Assembly (NCBI RefSeq): GCF_009834535.1
Contig: NC_045697.1
Span: 108,936,001-109,000,000 of the forward strand
Length of the DNA stretch: 64,000 nt
Direction of reading: 5' to 3'
Source of the DNA: Camelus ferus
Taxonomy: Eukaryota
The notes beneath the pieces are model-generated. The model did not search any database. It had not been told where the DNA came from and saw nothing but the letters and a program-made list of their open reading frames with translations. Of the stretch, positions 38,222 through 51,529 are shown one piece after another (position 1 is the stretch's first letter; each line of letters starts with the position of its first letter). Both the position numbers and the translations under genes were made by a program.

Positions 38222-41200
38222 AATTCCAATTCTTAAAATTCCTCCAATTTGAGAAATCTTGTTTACCCCTTTGAGCCTGATTCCTTACAGATAACAAAGG
38301 AGATAGTAATGTCTACTTTACAAGGTTGATTTGAGTGGTAGTGATAATATGTAAAGCTCCCAGTAAGCACCTTGACAACAGCATAAGAACTTAATAAAAA
38401 TGGTAGCTGCTTTAAGTGATTATGGACGTCATCGTGTTTTTATTGTAATTCTGTTGGGGAGAAGACGTGTACAACTTGCCTGTTCATTTGTTAACAAGTA
38501 ATCCAAAGATGAATGTGCAGAGTTCCAGATTACAGGCGACAAGTTCAGAAGTAGTGTGGGCTTGGCCATTCGGGGAAATCTTCAAGATCTGCGAAAGGAA
38601 GAGGGCTTCAGCCTAACCCTGAGAGATCGAGATGGGTCTAAAAGAATTGGAAGGAGAATCTGCGCCGTCAGGGGGAATGGCCTGCTTGTAAAAATAGAGG
38701 GATAATACGTGTATGATGGAGAAGTAGACTGCCACGGTGGGACATGACCTTCAATGCTTTAAAGGAAGAGGGAATCAGAAAGGTAGTTGGAAGCTGGTTG
38801 GTATTGACCCTTGATCACGTAAAGATTGAATTGTGGCCGCAAAAAGAGGACACACTGGGCAGTGAAGGAAGAAGAGAGCACGCTTATGAAGAGCCAGCTC
38901 ATCTCTGTACATTGTAAATGTCTGTCAAATGGCTCTCACGTTCAGTTTTATCTTGTTGGCATTGAAGAATTTTAAAAGTTGGGAGCAATAGAAAATTATG
39001 TCTTAAAAACACTCTTTGAGCAGTAGAGTCTGGACTAGGATCAGTGCATTAGCACTAAAAGGAAAGAACAGTGGTTTCAAGGCTGCATGACAGCAATTGA
39101 GAAATCAACATAGGAAGCTGATTTGGCTTGAAGGTTATGAGGGATGAAGGTTGGGAATTTGTTTTATTTAACCCAGTATTTAGTTTGAAATGATGAGGCG
39201 ATATTCACATGGAAACAGTTGGTAGGAAGTTTATGATGTGGGTTTGCAGTTTGAATGTACAGGATCAGGGTTCCAGAGGTAGAGGTTTAGAAGTCATTAC
39301 TTTGGGAATAATGTTGCTATTGTCACATCTTCTCTTCTTTTTGACCTTTCTTACTATAAAATAAAATAATAAAATTGCCTTTATTCTCATGGATTTTATG
39401 TTCTTAGAGAGCCTAGAGATACTCTTTGTTTTGGGTTTTCCACAATTGTCATCAAGCTGAGTTTCAGTTTCAACTCAGTAATCGTTAATCAGCTTTGTCT
39501 AAAAGTTTATAAAGAAACTCTGATCTTTTCATCTTTTTATTTAATTTCTTAAAACTATAAAGAGATAATGTTGGTCTCTGTTATTTTAAGCAATAAACAA
39601 CTATAATTTGGGTGAAGACTTGGATCCATGAGAAAACTTTTGTTTTTTGTTATTATTGTTGAGCAACTTTTACCCTTTTCTTTTATTTTTAATAGCTCTA
39701 ACAAAGGAAGGAAAAAGCAAGCCTTCAGGCCTAGGAATTGCCTGTCATCCCTGTTTGCTTTCTTGACAGTTTAAAATGCCTCAGATCTGGTGGTCTTCTT
39801 CTTTTGTTAAACCACAGCTGAATTTGTCCCTTACTATTCTTTTATACACAGTTATCAGGGAATCTACTTAGCACTTGAAGCTTAACAAAATATACTCTTT
39901 CTATTTCTTAAATATCATTTATTGAATTTTTTAAAACCTAAATTATCTGAAACATCAGATAAGTGAGTGTGCTATTTTGTAATTTGATGATGTCCTGAAG
40001 ATTACTGCTTTTTTCTAGAGCTGTTTTTGCAGTTGTTTTTGTTGTTGTTTGTTTGTTTGTTGTTTTTGCTAGGTGTAGAGGAGTTGGGGGGGCTTTCTTT
40101 TGGTTCTCATATCCTGGCTTTTGGAGTGTCCTCCCATAGCAACACTTCTTTTCTAAAATGACAGGCCAGAAAATCAAACAGCTAGAATAGTGCAAAAGTA
40201 AAAGCAAATAGTCATTGAGTAAAGGACTGAAGACCATCCTGTGACTATAGTAATACATTCTATTGTCCAAACATTATGACAATATTTTTGTTTATTTTTA
40301 GAATTTAAAGAAAAAATTTTTGAGAGGGATTGAGAAGTGGATTCTTTGCTGTATTTTAGAAAATTGAGGTGTTTATGTATACTTAGTCTAGCCTGCCTTC
40401 TCTCCGGCAGAACAAAGGGAATAGGTGTGTAAAATATGTGTGTGCAGACTTGTGTGTGTATGTACATGCATTAATGCTGAGAGATGTGTGCACAAATCCA
40501 TATTTGTCATGTACCCTTAATGGAAAATGTGAATTCTTCTACCGCTTGCAGTCTTACTCTGTTCACCCCCCAAACCTCCCCACTCCACCCCATACACTAT
40601 GTTTGCCTTTAACTTAAACAACCCTCTGATAGTCTCATCCTTGTTTACTAAACAGCATTGAGTTGCGTAACAGTAAGGACACAGTTAATTAGGCTCTTCT
40701 AATGTTTCTCCTTTCATCAGTATTTCTGCTTTTCTAGACCTTTAAATAATGTAACTTGAGCTGTTTTCTTACTTAAGGCAGTTTATTTACCTTTTATTGT
40801 TCCCTTCAAGGCGCAAAACAAAACATAGGCTACTTTAGTAAAGAGTAATAAAATAGATAACTTCTGGTGCTTTGTCGACTTTGTGAGAATAGGTACTGTG
40901 CCTTCTGTTACAGCTGTCATGATGCCTAGCAGTGGTGATAAATGTGCGGTCGTCACTTAGCCATTGCCTGTTTACATTTCTTCCCAGAATTAGAGGCACA
41001 CAGCAGGGAACGGAGGAGATGGAAGTGAATGAGAGTCAACTAGAATGGGATAGAAGGGTGACTCCTGGTTACCTCACTCTGATTTAGTGAGGGCAAAACA
41101 CGCTCTCTGAAATGCTTCTGTTGTCTGCAGTGTATACTGTTTTTGTGGGAGGAAGCAGCAAAAAATTAGAGTAAAATATGCAGCTCAATGTGAGCAACCC

Positions 41201-41255
41201 ATGTTTACCATTTTTAAAAACTTTTGTTATGGTTTGGAAGCACATAGAATGTGAA

Positions 41256-41315
41256 AAAAGCAATTTAAAATTAACATTTCCCTTAAAAGTAATTTAAAAT
41301 TAACATTTCCCTTAA
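41256..41315. repeat. 29-bp tandem duplication (1 mismatch)
   Basis: aaaagYaatttaaaattaacatttccctt occurs twice in tandem. Confidence 0.9.
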
Positions 41316-42519
41316 TAACTATCATTTAACTTGGGAGTGGAAGTAAAATATCTTTTCAGGGCTACTAATATATTACGGGGAAAAAACCCTGAGTTTATCA
41401 AAAGATTCAACAAGCAGTTGAGGATATAAATAAAAATTAAGGAGCCCATTAATTTTGTTATATTCTTATTTTAAGAAAGATAAAATATACTCTTACTTTA
41501 AGGTAATGTCAGTTAATTAGCTGTAACCATTAAATGCATGATTTTTTCTATTATCATCGATGACTCAAAGGATGACACAGGGTACGGAAAAAGATGAGCC
41601 AGACATGGTATCTACCATGGACATTTATTTTATTAATGTAGTTACTTAATTTTAAAAAATTATTTTTCTTAAAAATTATAGTCTTTCTTGATATTAGGTT
41701 CATGGAAAAATGTTTCACTCATATGTTTCATATATAATTATATGATATCCTGTGTATTAGGACTTCTTTTCAAATATATTGCAGACTTATTTCATAGACA
41801 AATCCAGTGAACTAAAGCAGCAAGGCAGAGAAAGAGGAAAATACACAGAGAATAAAAAACCAGCAAGAAGTAACATACTCATGCAATACAAGATAGCCAT
41901 ATATGTAGCACTGATGACCTAGTGGCTTTATACAAATATGTACTATAATAGGAAATACTCAAATCTTAGTACATTTTTGTAAAAATATGCTGTAAATGTT
42001 TGGAAAAGCTTGGAGGACAAAGATATTCTTCTCTTTGAGAGGAAAAATATAAACCTCTGATTTTAAAAAATGGATCTTTGTTGCCAAATTTTAAGGAGTA
42101 TGTTAATCATTACTTAATATGTATGAGCAGGTGCACTCTTGAAATCTTTTTCCCCATTGTCAAAAGAAACCTAACTTTTTACTTTTGATATTTTAAAAAA
42201 TATTCATGCCAGTGATTTACTGTCATCTTTATTTCTATAGCTAGAGGCATAAAGAGTATTCTTGCTATTTGCCCATAGGTCAAGTAAAATTAAGTTCTGT
42301 AGGTTAAAGAACCCTACCTGATTCTAAATAAAAAATAAGTATTTATGGATTGAAATGTGTAAGTATAGTAAGCAACCTTAACACTGCACCAGATATGATT
42401 ACCTACACTTGGATCCTGTGAAAGAGTCCCTTATTCCTGCAACTTTACTTCCAGACTTAATTCTTGAATGTATTTGATCATGTAATTTGTATAACTTCAT
42501 GTTGTTACTGTTCTTTTTT

Positions 42520-42577
42520 TATTCATTTAACAAACATATATCAAGTATATAATGGATATTGGTGATACCCAGTGAGC

Positions 42578-42618
<41 letters not shown>

Positions 42619-43600
42619 CTATCCTCAGAGTTTATAGCCCAGTAAAAGAAACAACATTGATCAAATCACATCAAAATATATATATAAAATTTTGGCTGTG
42701 ATGGAGAAGTGCATGGTCAGTTATGAGTGACCAGGGCAGACTTTCATGAGAACGTAATGTTGAGCATTATCCAGGTAAAGTGAAAAGCAGAGAGTATTCC
42801 AGGTAGAAAGAACAGCATGTGTAATAGCCCTGTGGCAGGAAGAGGTGTGGCAAGTTCAAAGAACACTAGAGCATAGAGAGAAGACTGGGAGGTAAACGGG
42901 GACCAGACCATGCAAACCTTATAAACCACATTAGGGGGAGGTTTATTTTAGTATCAGCGGAAAGCCATTGAAAGAATTTTAGGCAAATGATTGGTCTGAA
43001 GTGTGGTGTGTAGATTTTAGAAGAACTTAAGAGTGAATACAGGAGGTGGGACAAGGAGATGGTGGGAGTTTGGATTAGGGTGGTGGTAGTGGAAGTGGAG
43101 TGTATTGAAGGTTTCAAGAGATATTTAAAAGATAAAACAGAAATACATGTAAAATACAGCAGATTGATGTATAGTTGGCACATTTGACATTTTATTCCTA
43201 AAGGAATACTCAGCAAGTACTTATTAATTGCTTTTTATGTGCCAGTCACTGGGTTAAGGAGTAGAAATACATGGTCTTACAGTCATAGAGCTTATAGTCA
43301 AGTAAGAGAAATGGTCATTAACCAAACAATGACAGAAATTCAGGTGTGATAAGTACAATAAAGGGAAAATAGAGGGGTCTTCTGAGTCTACAAAGGGGAC
43401 TTGGCTTGGTGTGGTAGAGGAAGTAACATTGGGGCTGAGACCCAAAAGGCAGGAGAAGAGTTCCCTAAAGGTGTGGAGGAAGGAATAGAACATGCAAAAG
43501 CCAGTTGAAGGTCAGTGAGGCCAGAGCATAAGGAGGACTGGGGGAGGGTAGCTCTGGATGAAGCTGGGCTGGTAGATAGAGCCAACACAAGGATGAAATG
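42520..43600 (-). mobile_element. L2 fragments (two pieces)
   Basis: ttcatttaacaaacat start, attccaggtagaaagaacagcatgtg, aagccattgaaagaattttagg. A second piece starts at ~43215. Confidence 0.7.
42584..42616. repeat. Poly(A) run, 33 nt
   Basis: Pure A33 inside an L2 fragment. Confidence 0.95.
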
Positions 43601-43624
43601 ACAGACGTACACGGTTATTCGTTG

Positions 43625-44080
43625 CAGGATCACTTGTAATATTAAAAGATGAGAAACACCCGAAACAGTTCAGCAGTAAAGGACTAGCTGAATAAACTAT
43701 GTTTCATTTATACAATGGAATGCTTTTCAGCTGTTGGGGAAAAAAAAAAAGAATGGGAATGCTATTGATAGAAAGATCCTCAGAACATACTATTAAATGA
43801 AAAGAGCAAGGTGCAAAGCAGTGTATATGGTACAATACCTTTTGTGTAAAAAAAAAAAGAAGAAGGAAATAATGCTGTATAGTTACATTTTATTGTATTT
43901 GCATAAAGAAAAATCAAAGGAATTAACTAATTAAAATCGTTTACCTAGAAGGGGACCCAGAGTAGTTGGAGACAGGACTGAAAATGAGACTTCTCGTCAT
44001 TATATTCTTTTTCTGTCATTTCTGTTTTGATCCTACCTATTCAAAGAGTAAGATTTAATTTTTAAAAGAAAGGAAAATAA
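43625..44080 (+). mobile_element. Old L1 (L1MC/ME-like) 3' end
   Basis: gctgaataaactatg...tacaatggaat...ttaaatgaaaagagcaaggtgcaaagcagtgtatatgg. Confidence 0.7.
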
Positions 44081-44264
44081 GTATAGCTAGAAAATGTTTG
44101 TTTTTTAAATAGTATACCTTCTTTTTTCAGAATGAGACTCAAATAGATTTCTACTTTTCAAACATAGCCTAATATACATATTTATATAGCCTGTAATTTT
44201 CCTGTTGGCTTAAAATCAAATGATTGATTCTGTCCTCAAAAGAATAGAAAAACAGTTTAACCTT

Positions 44265-44467
44265 TTTTGTTGTTGGATTTTGTTTGCTTTGTTTTTTATA
44301 TACTTTTTAAATTTTGTTTTTTATTCAAGTATAGTTGATTTACAGTATTAGTTTCAGGTGTACAGCTAAGTGATACTTTTTTTTTTCAGATTCTTTTCCA
44401 TTATATGTTATTACAAGAAATTGAATATAGTTCCCTGTGCTATACAGTAGGTCCTTGTTGTTTATCT
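44265..44467 (-). mobile_element. 5'-truncated L1 3' end with degenerate tail
   Basis: aagtatagttgatttacagt...gttccctgtgctatacagtaggtccttgttg. 17-bp TSD aaaaacagtttaaYctt at 44248-44264 and 44468-44484 (1 mismatch). Confidence 0.88.
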
Positions 44468-46739
44468 AAAAACAGTTTAATCTTAAGTGATAGATTAGAA
44501 ATGGTGTGATACAGTGCCTTACATTTACATCAGAAAATATCATGTACAGTACCATGTTTGCTGCTGTTAGTGGTTTGACTCCCAGGTCCCTTTAAAACTT
44601 TTTCTATATCCACATGGAGCAGGAAGCATTTGCCTATGATTTGCATTGCATCCTCTCTCTCTTTAGAAAAGAGGAAGAATTTAACTATCTTTATATAAGT
44701 CATGCAACTAAAAAGAATAGTGAGTTCTGGGTTGATTTTGAAATTAGTATCACCCAAGCCACACCTACCCAGAATCAGTTGGTAATTTGCAGTCATCAAG
44801 TGGTAAATGCAGGAGAGAGAGCATGCCTTGCTGACCAGTTCATACAGTCTCTCTGTTGGTTGTACTAAGATTTCTAGCATGCAATTTTTGTGAAGGAGAG
44901 GTATTTTGTACCATAGATCTAAAAGCCTTCCAGAGGGATAGGTGTTTGGTTCTTTTCTTTTTTTTTTTTTTTTTTTTTGGCAATTATGTTTAAAGTACTT
45001 GTGTTTTCTGACCTCTTTTGGTCAAAAGTGATCAACTCATTTGGAGGATAGCTCATTTTTTTGTTGTTTATGTTGGAGGGGAGGGGAAGTATTCAGTCCT
45101 TTCACTTTGAGTGAATAGGATTCACTCATTAAAATTTACTTCTTGACCATTACTACTGCAGTGTCTCTTTTCTGTAGAACCGTTGGTACCTGTGTGTGTG
45201 TCTGATCCACATTTCATTTGTTTTGCCGGCCTTCAGTATCACCCAAGTCTGTTTGCCAGGTTTTGTGATAAAGATGAGTTTTTAAGTGATCACCCTGAGA
45301 TTGGAACAGATCACTGATAATCTGCATTGGTTTTGATGGCAGGAGCATTATTGCACTTTTGTTTTTAGTTCTTAGTAGTTAGTCTCTGTGATTTACTCGA
45401 AAGTTCAACCTTTAGTTAGTATCTCTGAGTAAAATCTGAGACGATACTAGCAGTGTTTAAGAACCTGACTTTGCATTGTTCTTTTTCACCTTTCCTTGAA
45501 GTCCTCTCAGTAATGACTCAGTGCTTTCCTGTTGACCATATATGTGTATTCCTTCCATGACTCATCTACACTTTGCTTGTTAGATTTAAAAAAAAGAAAT
45601 CATTTGATAACTATGTTTTTTTTCTTTATTCCTCTTAAACCTTATAACATTCTGGTTTTCTATCCATATTCCTTTAATTTTTCAAAAGATCCTTTTTTAA
45701 AATTATTCAGTAAGTTGTTTAAGGTGCTTACTTTGAGCTGTTACAATACCTAATCCTAAAGAAATACTGTGTAATGGTATTATGACAAACTCCCTGCTGA
45801 CAAGTGACTTAACAGTCTAATGGAGAACATATAGTTAATTATTTACAACGTGCTGAGTGGAGCATGAGAAAGAAGAAATCTAGAATTTGATGAAGAAAAC
45901 ATGAGTGTGGGCTGGAAGTACCTGCTGGTGTAGGTGGCAGTATTACTCAAGCAGGACCACACAGCATGAGGACCATGAGCACTGGTGGACACAGGTCAGA
46001 AAAAAGTCTTCAAGAAATCTTGGATCATATGTTTAAATGATTTGTAAGCTTTTGTTGTACTTTCTGTTCTCTTCCTAAAGCACAGCATAGTATTACTGCG
46101 CATGGATTTTTTTTTCCCAAGAAAAATAATGGTTTTATAATAACAAATTTTGGTAACTCTTTTCCATTAAGTTTATAAACAGCTGTTAGGTACATGGGAT
46201 CGGAATTTTTTAAGCTGTGTAAGAGAAGAAAAAAAGTTAGCTTTCCAAGATAAAATACACAGCCATACTTATGAAGGAAAACTATTTTGTGAATATAAAG
46301 ATGAGTTTGAATGGGCCATTTGGTATATCTATAAGTGCCTGTTGCCAGTGTTCAAAGGCCAGTGAGAACAGGCTCACCTAACTAATGAAATACCCGGTTC
46401 CTTAACTACTCTTCTGGACCTAAGTTAATTTTAAACTAGGACCTCAAGTGCTAACTGGAATGATTTATGCACTTAATATTTCCTTCAGCAACTTGAAAGT
46501 TTCTTTCTTCCTGTATGTATTGCCATAGTGCCCAGGGCTTTCTCCAGTTAAAGCACAAATCACTGTGCTCTGAAAGCCTGCTGGTTTATTTCTTCCCCTA
46601 GAGGTCAGGTCCATGGATGCATCTTTAGGGCATTCCCTTCCTACAGTAAGTGAATTGATGGGCATTGATCTGTGAGTAAGCTGCATATGGAGGCAGCGCT
46701 CTATAAGTATTTTGTATGTACATTTATAATCTGTGATCT

Positions 46740-46860
46740 AGATGATCATATACTGGTGTACAGATGGTGGTACTGAGGTTCAGAGAGGTTAAGTAACTTG
46801 CCCAAAGTTTCACAGCCAGACCAGGATTCAAATCTAGATCTGTTTGACTCCATTGCCCTG
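46740..46860. mobile_element. MIR
   Basis: tacagatgg...actgaggttcagagaggttaagtaacttgcccaa core. Confidence 0.75.
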
Positions 46861-47914
46861 CTTTTAGGTAAATGTGATGTTATAAACCTGCTCCAAGTAA
46901 GGGACTTAAAGCAGCAGAGGAAGAAGTTTGGAGATAACCTCGGAAAACAGAAGCCATTATCAGTCTCATCTAAACCTGGAACTCTTGGGAGGAAGGGTTA
47001 GGACAGGGAGTTAGCTAACACAGTAAACCATAGAACAGAGGGCAATAGACATTTCTGCTAAGGGGGAGAAAACCTGTGCACTGAGAAGTTTAATGTACCA
47101 CTGGATAAAGAATTATAAGGCATAGTTTTGCAACAGTGTTACTGCAGTTTACAGATTGTGTTTCATCAGTTATCTTCTTTTCAAAACAGGACTGCCCTTT
47201 TTTCCCTCATAGCATGCTTTTTTTTTTAAACCTACTTGTCAGTGATTTGTTGAAACCCATCCCAGTGAGTCAGAAAAATAAAGTCTATTCTTCCACCTCC
47301 ACTTACTTTCGTGTTTGTCTTTCCTTCTCTCACTCCCTCCCCAGTGCCCACGCCCGTATTTCTGATAGTGCTTCTCTTTCTCAGCTGGTAGTTGCTTTCA
47401 TGACAAGCATTTCCAAGCTATTACAAAGTCATAAAATTATACTTCACAAGCCTAGTGAAAGGCCAAGACAGGTATACTTTCCTGCTTGTTACTCTTCTGG
47501 CTTTTTACTTACTGGAAAAAAAATCCGTGATGGGCAGGGAAAGCATATCATTATACCTTTTTAAATAGTTGGGAGTAAAGAAAGTAGTTAGTGCTTTACA
47601 TACTAGTGGTGGGAGGCATCTTACCAGGGAATGATTTTGTTCCAGCTTTTCATTACATGTTTAAGGCAAGCCACTGCCCCAGTGTTGTTGGACACTTAAA
47701 CCTCTATTTTATAGAATTACTGGGAGAGCCAATAATTACTTTGAAAGACTTAACAACTGTAAATATATTAAAACTAATAACTTATTTTAACTAGAAATTA
47801 CCTCATTAAAAAAGATTACCTCAGTGTTTCTGGTAAAAAGATACGTAATCTAAATTTGATTTGGAAAAAAGTTCATTTGGTAGAAATGAGGTACTTTTTT
47901 ATCATTTTGATGCC

Positions 47915-47956
47915 TATGAAGTAATACTTTAAAGTTATGAAGTAATACTTCAAAGT
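47915..47956. repeat. 21-bp tandem duplication (1 mismatch)
   Basis: tatgaagtaatacttYaaagt occurs twice in tandem. Confidence 0.9.
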
Positions 47957-50900
47957 TTTTCAGTCAGTAACTTTGTGAGTAGTATTTATCTTCTATTGAT
48001 ACATGCTGTGTCCGCAGGAGAAAGTTTTCAGTGTCATCCACTTGGCATTATCTATCAGTCCTGCTCTTAAATTTCTCTTACCCAGTTTCTATTTAAAACC
48101 CCAGCGTGACTCTCTGTGTTAGTAGTCAGTACTGAAGTTTGCTTTTGCCCTTTAACAATTAAAGCATTGTGTGGCATATTTTGGGTCACTCACCAGATGC
48201 TGCTGTAGTGGTTTTGCTTGTGTCTGATCTGGGTTGCTCATTATTTGGCAGATCTTTATGAAAGTTCTCTGTAACTGAGTTCATGGTGATTTGGTATGTT
48301 TCTAAATTACTGTAATTGTTTCTGATGTTAGGTTCTGAAAATTTGTCAGATTTGTTGTCATCCCATGGCAGGAAATGTTACCTCTGTCTTCTGTTGCTCC
48401 TGTTTTAAATCTGCTTTTCTATTGTGTTTTATTTATCCTTAGAGCCACTTTAAATCTATTTTCAGTTAGGAGATACATGCATAAATAGTTCAGTATAGAT
48501 TTTTTTCCTGCTCTGTAATTATGGAAAGATTATGTGAAAGTTTTTTTATTGTATGAGTTTAATATTGCATTATTCTTCATAATTTTAGAAAGAATTAATT
48601 TGTATTTCTTTCATCTGTTCCTATCTTTGTGTTAGATCCTTGCTCTGAGATATTTAAATGCAGCTTCAGGGCCAGAGACAAAATAGGAGGCTAAAGTATT
48701 TCTCTTCTACCCTTCCTTTAAATGATCTGTTACGCCTTTTTTTTGTTTGTTTCAAACTTTGTTTGAAAGCTTTGTAAAATGTTTATTGCCTTATGAGTAA
48801 AGGCAGATTAGAACAGGTGAAAGAACGTGGACTAGTCTTAGAAAAGACGTTCCCGAGTTCCCCAAATCCCAGCCTATCTGCTTCCTAGCTGTCTAAAACT
48901 TCGGCGAGTTGCTTAACTTTGAGTGTGTGTGTGTTTCTTTGTTTTTTTTTTTTTTAACTATAACTTGAAGAGAACAGAAGACTGCACAGAGCAGATATAA
49001 AGGTAACATATTATGTGTCACATCACAAAAGTGAGTGTCACCCACCGTATCGAAGAATAGTCTGCCAAAAATGCTTAACTGTGCCTTTGATTCTGTATGC
49101 TCATCACTTACGACTTCGTAGCATAAATGTAGAAGTACACTGAAAAAGTGTAATGACCCTAAAATATTTCCTTCAACATTTTGGCTTTGTGCCCCTTCTT
49201 CTAAAAGTGGGGTTTGACCTTTTCCCCCGTGTAACTTTCTTCATCTCTCTCCCTAAGCCACTTCTAGTTGAGAAACCAGAGTCTTTCCTAGACCTACCTT
49301 TCTAAAGCCAGACAGCCTGGTAAAAGTGAACCTGATAAACAAGCCAAATAACTTAAAATAACAATTTTCAAGCCTTGTTAAAACTGCTATATATAGTGAC
49401 AACAGCATAGTCATTACCAAGATTGCAAAAGTTAGTTATCTTTAAAATTGTATTGCAACTGCTTCTCTAATATTACTTAAATTTTCCCTCTATTGGTAAT
49501 GATTTGTATTTATTTCTATCTTCAGGTAACCAAAGCCTCCTGAAGATTCTTTGTAGCCTATCAGTCAGAGCCGCACTGAACATACTACATGAGCACATAT
49601 CCTAGGACAAATTCACACTACTCAAAAATAGGTAGAAAATAAAATATTCTAAATCTTTAGTTCATTTAATTTAGAAAGTATATTCATACTGCAATTGATT
49701 TATTCATCAATTTTAATTTAGCTTTATTTTTGATTTAGTAATGGTTTGATTGGATGAAAGAGTCGACTTACCATTCTTATTTAAATTTGTGTCTGATTTT
49801 GAGGCTGTACTACCAGAGCTAAAACTTGTACTAGAATTACACTTATTTGTCAGTGCTAATAGAAAAAAGAGGTAAGGTACCTTTGTTGGTATAAAACAAC
49901 TTCTGAGACAAAAATGACAATGAAATTTTATACTTTATTTCCATAATTATAATTGAAAAGCTGTGACTCCCCAGAGGCTTTCTTTATACCAGGAACTTCT
50001 CTGAAGTGTGGGTACTTTAAAAGGCTTTGCACATCAACCTTCTCACAATTACCAAGAGAATGTTTTTGTGAAAATGAGTATTGTATCATTTTGTTGTGAA
50101 AACTAGAATTCAGTCCTAAAAAGCATCCTCCTTCCTTTATTTCCCATGGATTAAGTTTCACTCGGGGGTGGGGGACCATTTTAAATACAGCTAATGCCCC
50201 CGTTCTGAGGCTTGTTAGTGAGCTCCCAAGCTTCCCTCAGTGACAGGAAGAGCTGTGTGTCTGTGTTAGGTGTGTCAGTTGTCAGGGAGTGGGGAATGCA
50301 GACCTGTGTTGACATCAGTAGGGTTAGCTAAAAACGGTCTGATGCCCTTCCTTCCCACTTTCCTCCTGATTCTCCAGCTTTCTGGGCTTTGTAACAGCTC
50401 TCTGCAGTTCCAGTACATGACTCAAATCCTGGGCTCTTTTATTGTTTCCTCTAATTCTAAAACATTGAGAATTCAAATTCAAATTCAAATTTTTTTGTGG
50501 CCCAAAGAACAGTAATTAGCTAGAACCTATTTCTGAAAATTAGAATTTCACACTAGAAATACAGAAGCCCTTTAGTTGCTCTGTAATTCCAGGAGTGAAG
50601 GATCATCTGAAATTGGAAAATAAGAAAGACCAAGTAATACTAGTAGAACAAGGTGGAAAATTACTTTGTGACTCAAGTGTGAAAGCCTTAAAAAAAAAAC
50701 AAAACTCAGAATCGGGAAGAGTATTCATAAACTGGTACCTAAACTTTCAGCTGAATTTATTACATCTCTATGGAAGTGCCAGTTTCTGTCCTTATAAATA
50801 AACAGAAATCATGTTTTTCTATCGAAAGAAAACCTTTCAACAGAAAGGCTTTTTAAGAACCATTTGAGTTTCCAAATATGTGTATACTTCTATTTAGAAA

Positions 50901-51529
50901 GCAGTTTCCTCAGAAAATTTTAGTAGAAAGGAACCATAAAAATTATCTTAATCTCAGTTTCTTCATTATGCAAGTGCGAAAAGAGTTCACCTAGTAAACT
51001 GGGGGCAGAAATGGGAATTGAGCCCAGTTTTCCTGAATCTTTCATTCTCCTCTAGCTAATCAGCCTCCTCCTGCAGTTAACAAGCGTCTTTACAGGCAGA
51101 GAAAAAGATTATCTATTTAATGGACAGAGAAAGTAGAAAATTAATAAATGGTGTATTTGTGGTAGATTTGCTTTCTTCCTAATTTGGAAAATGCCATTTT
51201 AGAGAAGGAAATTTTACTTAAGTAAAACTTTGCAAAACTTCAGAATGCTTCACATACCAGTTCGTAAGGATTTGTGACATCCTGTTTTAGGGACAGGAGT
51301 TTTCCTTGAATTCTCTGAGGTCTGTTCCTTTAGACTCTTCAAGCAAAGGTGCATGTCTTAATTATAAGCAGAAGTAATTTATGGCTTTAGAGAGAATTAG
51401 AAACTAGAAAGATTATTTGAAATTTTCTAATTTAGTTTTATTTTTAAATTTATCATTTCATTTATAGTCTTTATTTTTATACTACATTTGAAATGAGTCA
51501 TGAAGCTTTATTATTTTCCTCTTTTTTGT

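Noticed and set aside
42584..42616. A33 run as the tail of a processed pseudogene
   Set aside because: No upstream retrocopy body or TSD; it is a homopolymer expansion within L2.
45108..45128. 9-bp perfect hairpin tgagtgaat-agg-attcactca
   Set aside because: Single stems of this length are expected by chance in 64 kb, and it is too short for a pre-miRNA.
47136..47564. 142-aa intronic ORF
   Set aside because: No ATG start, composition typical of non-coding AT-rich DNA, and no recognisable homology or splice context.
29855..47956. Short direct repeats as a CRISPR-like or repeat-spacer system
   Set aside because: They are isolated two-copy duplications of unrelated sequence with no spacers, in eukaryotic intron DNA.
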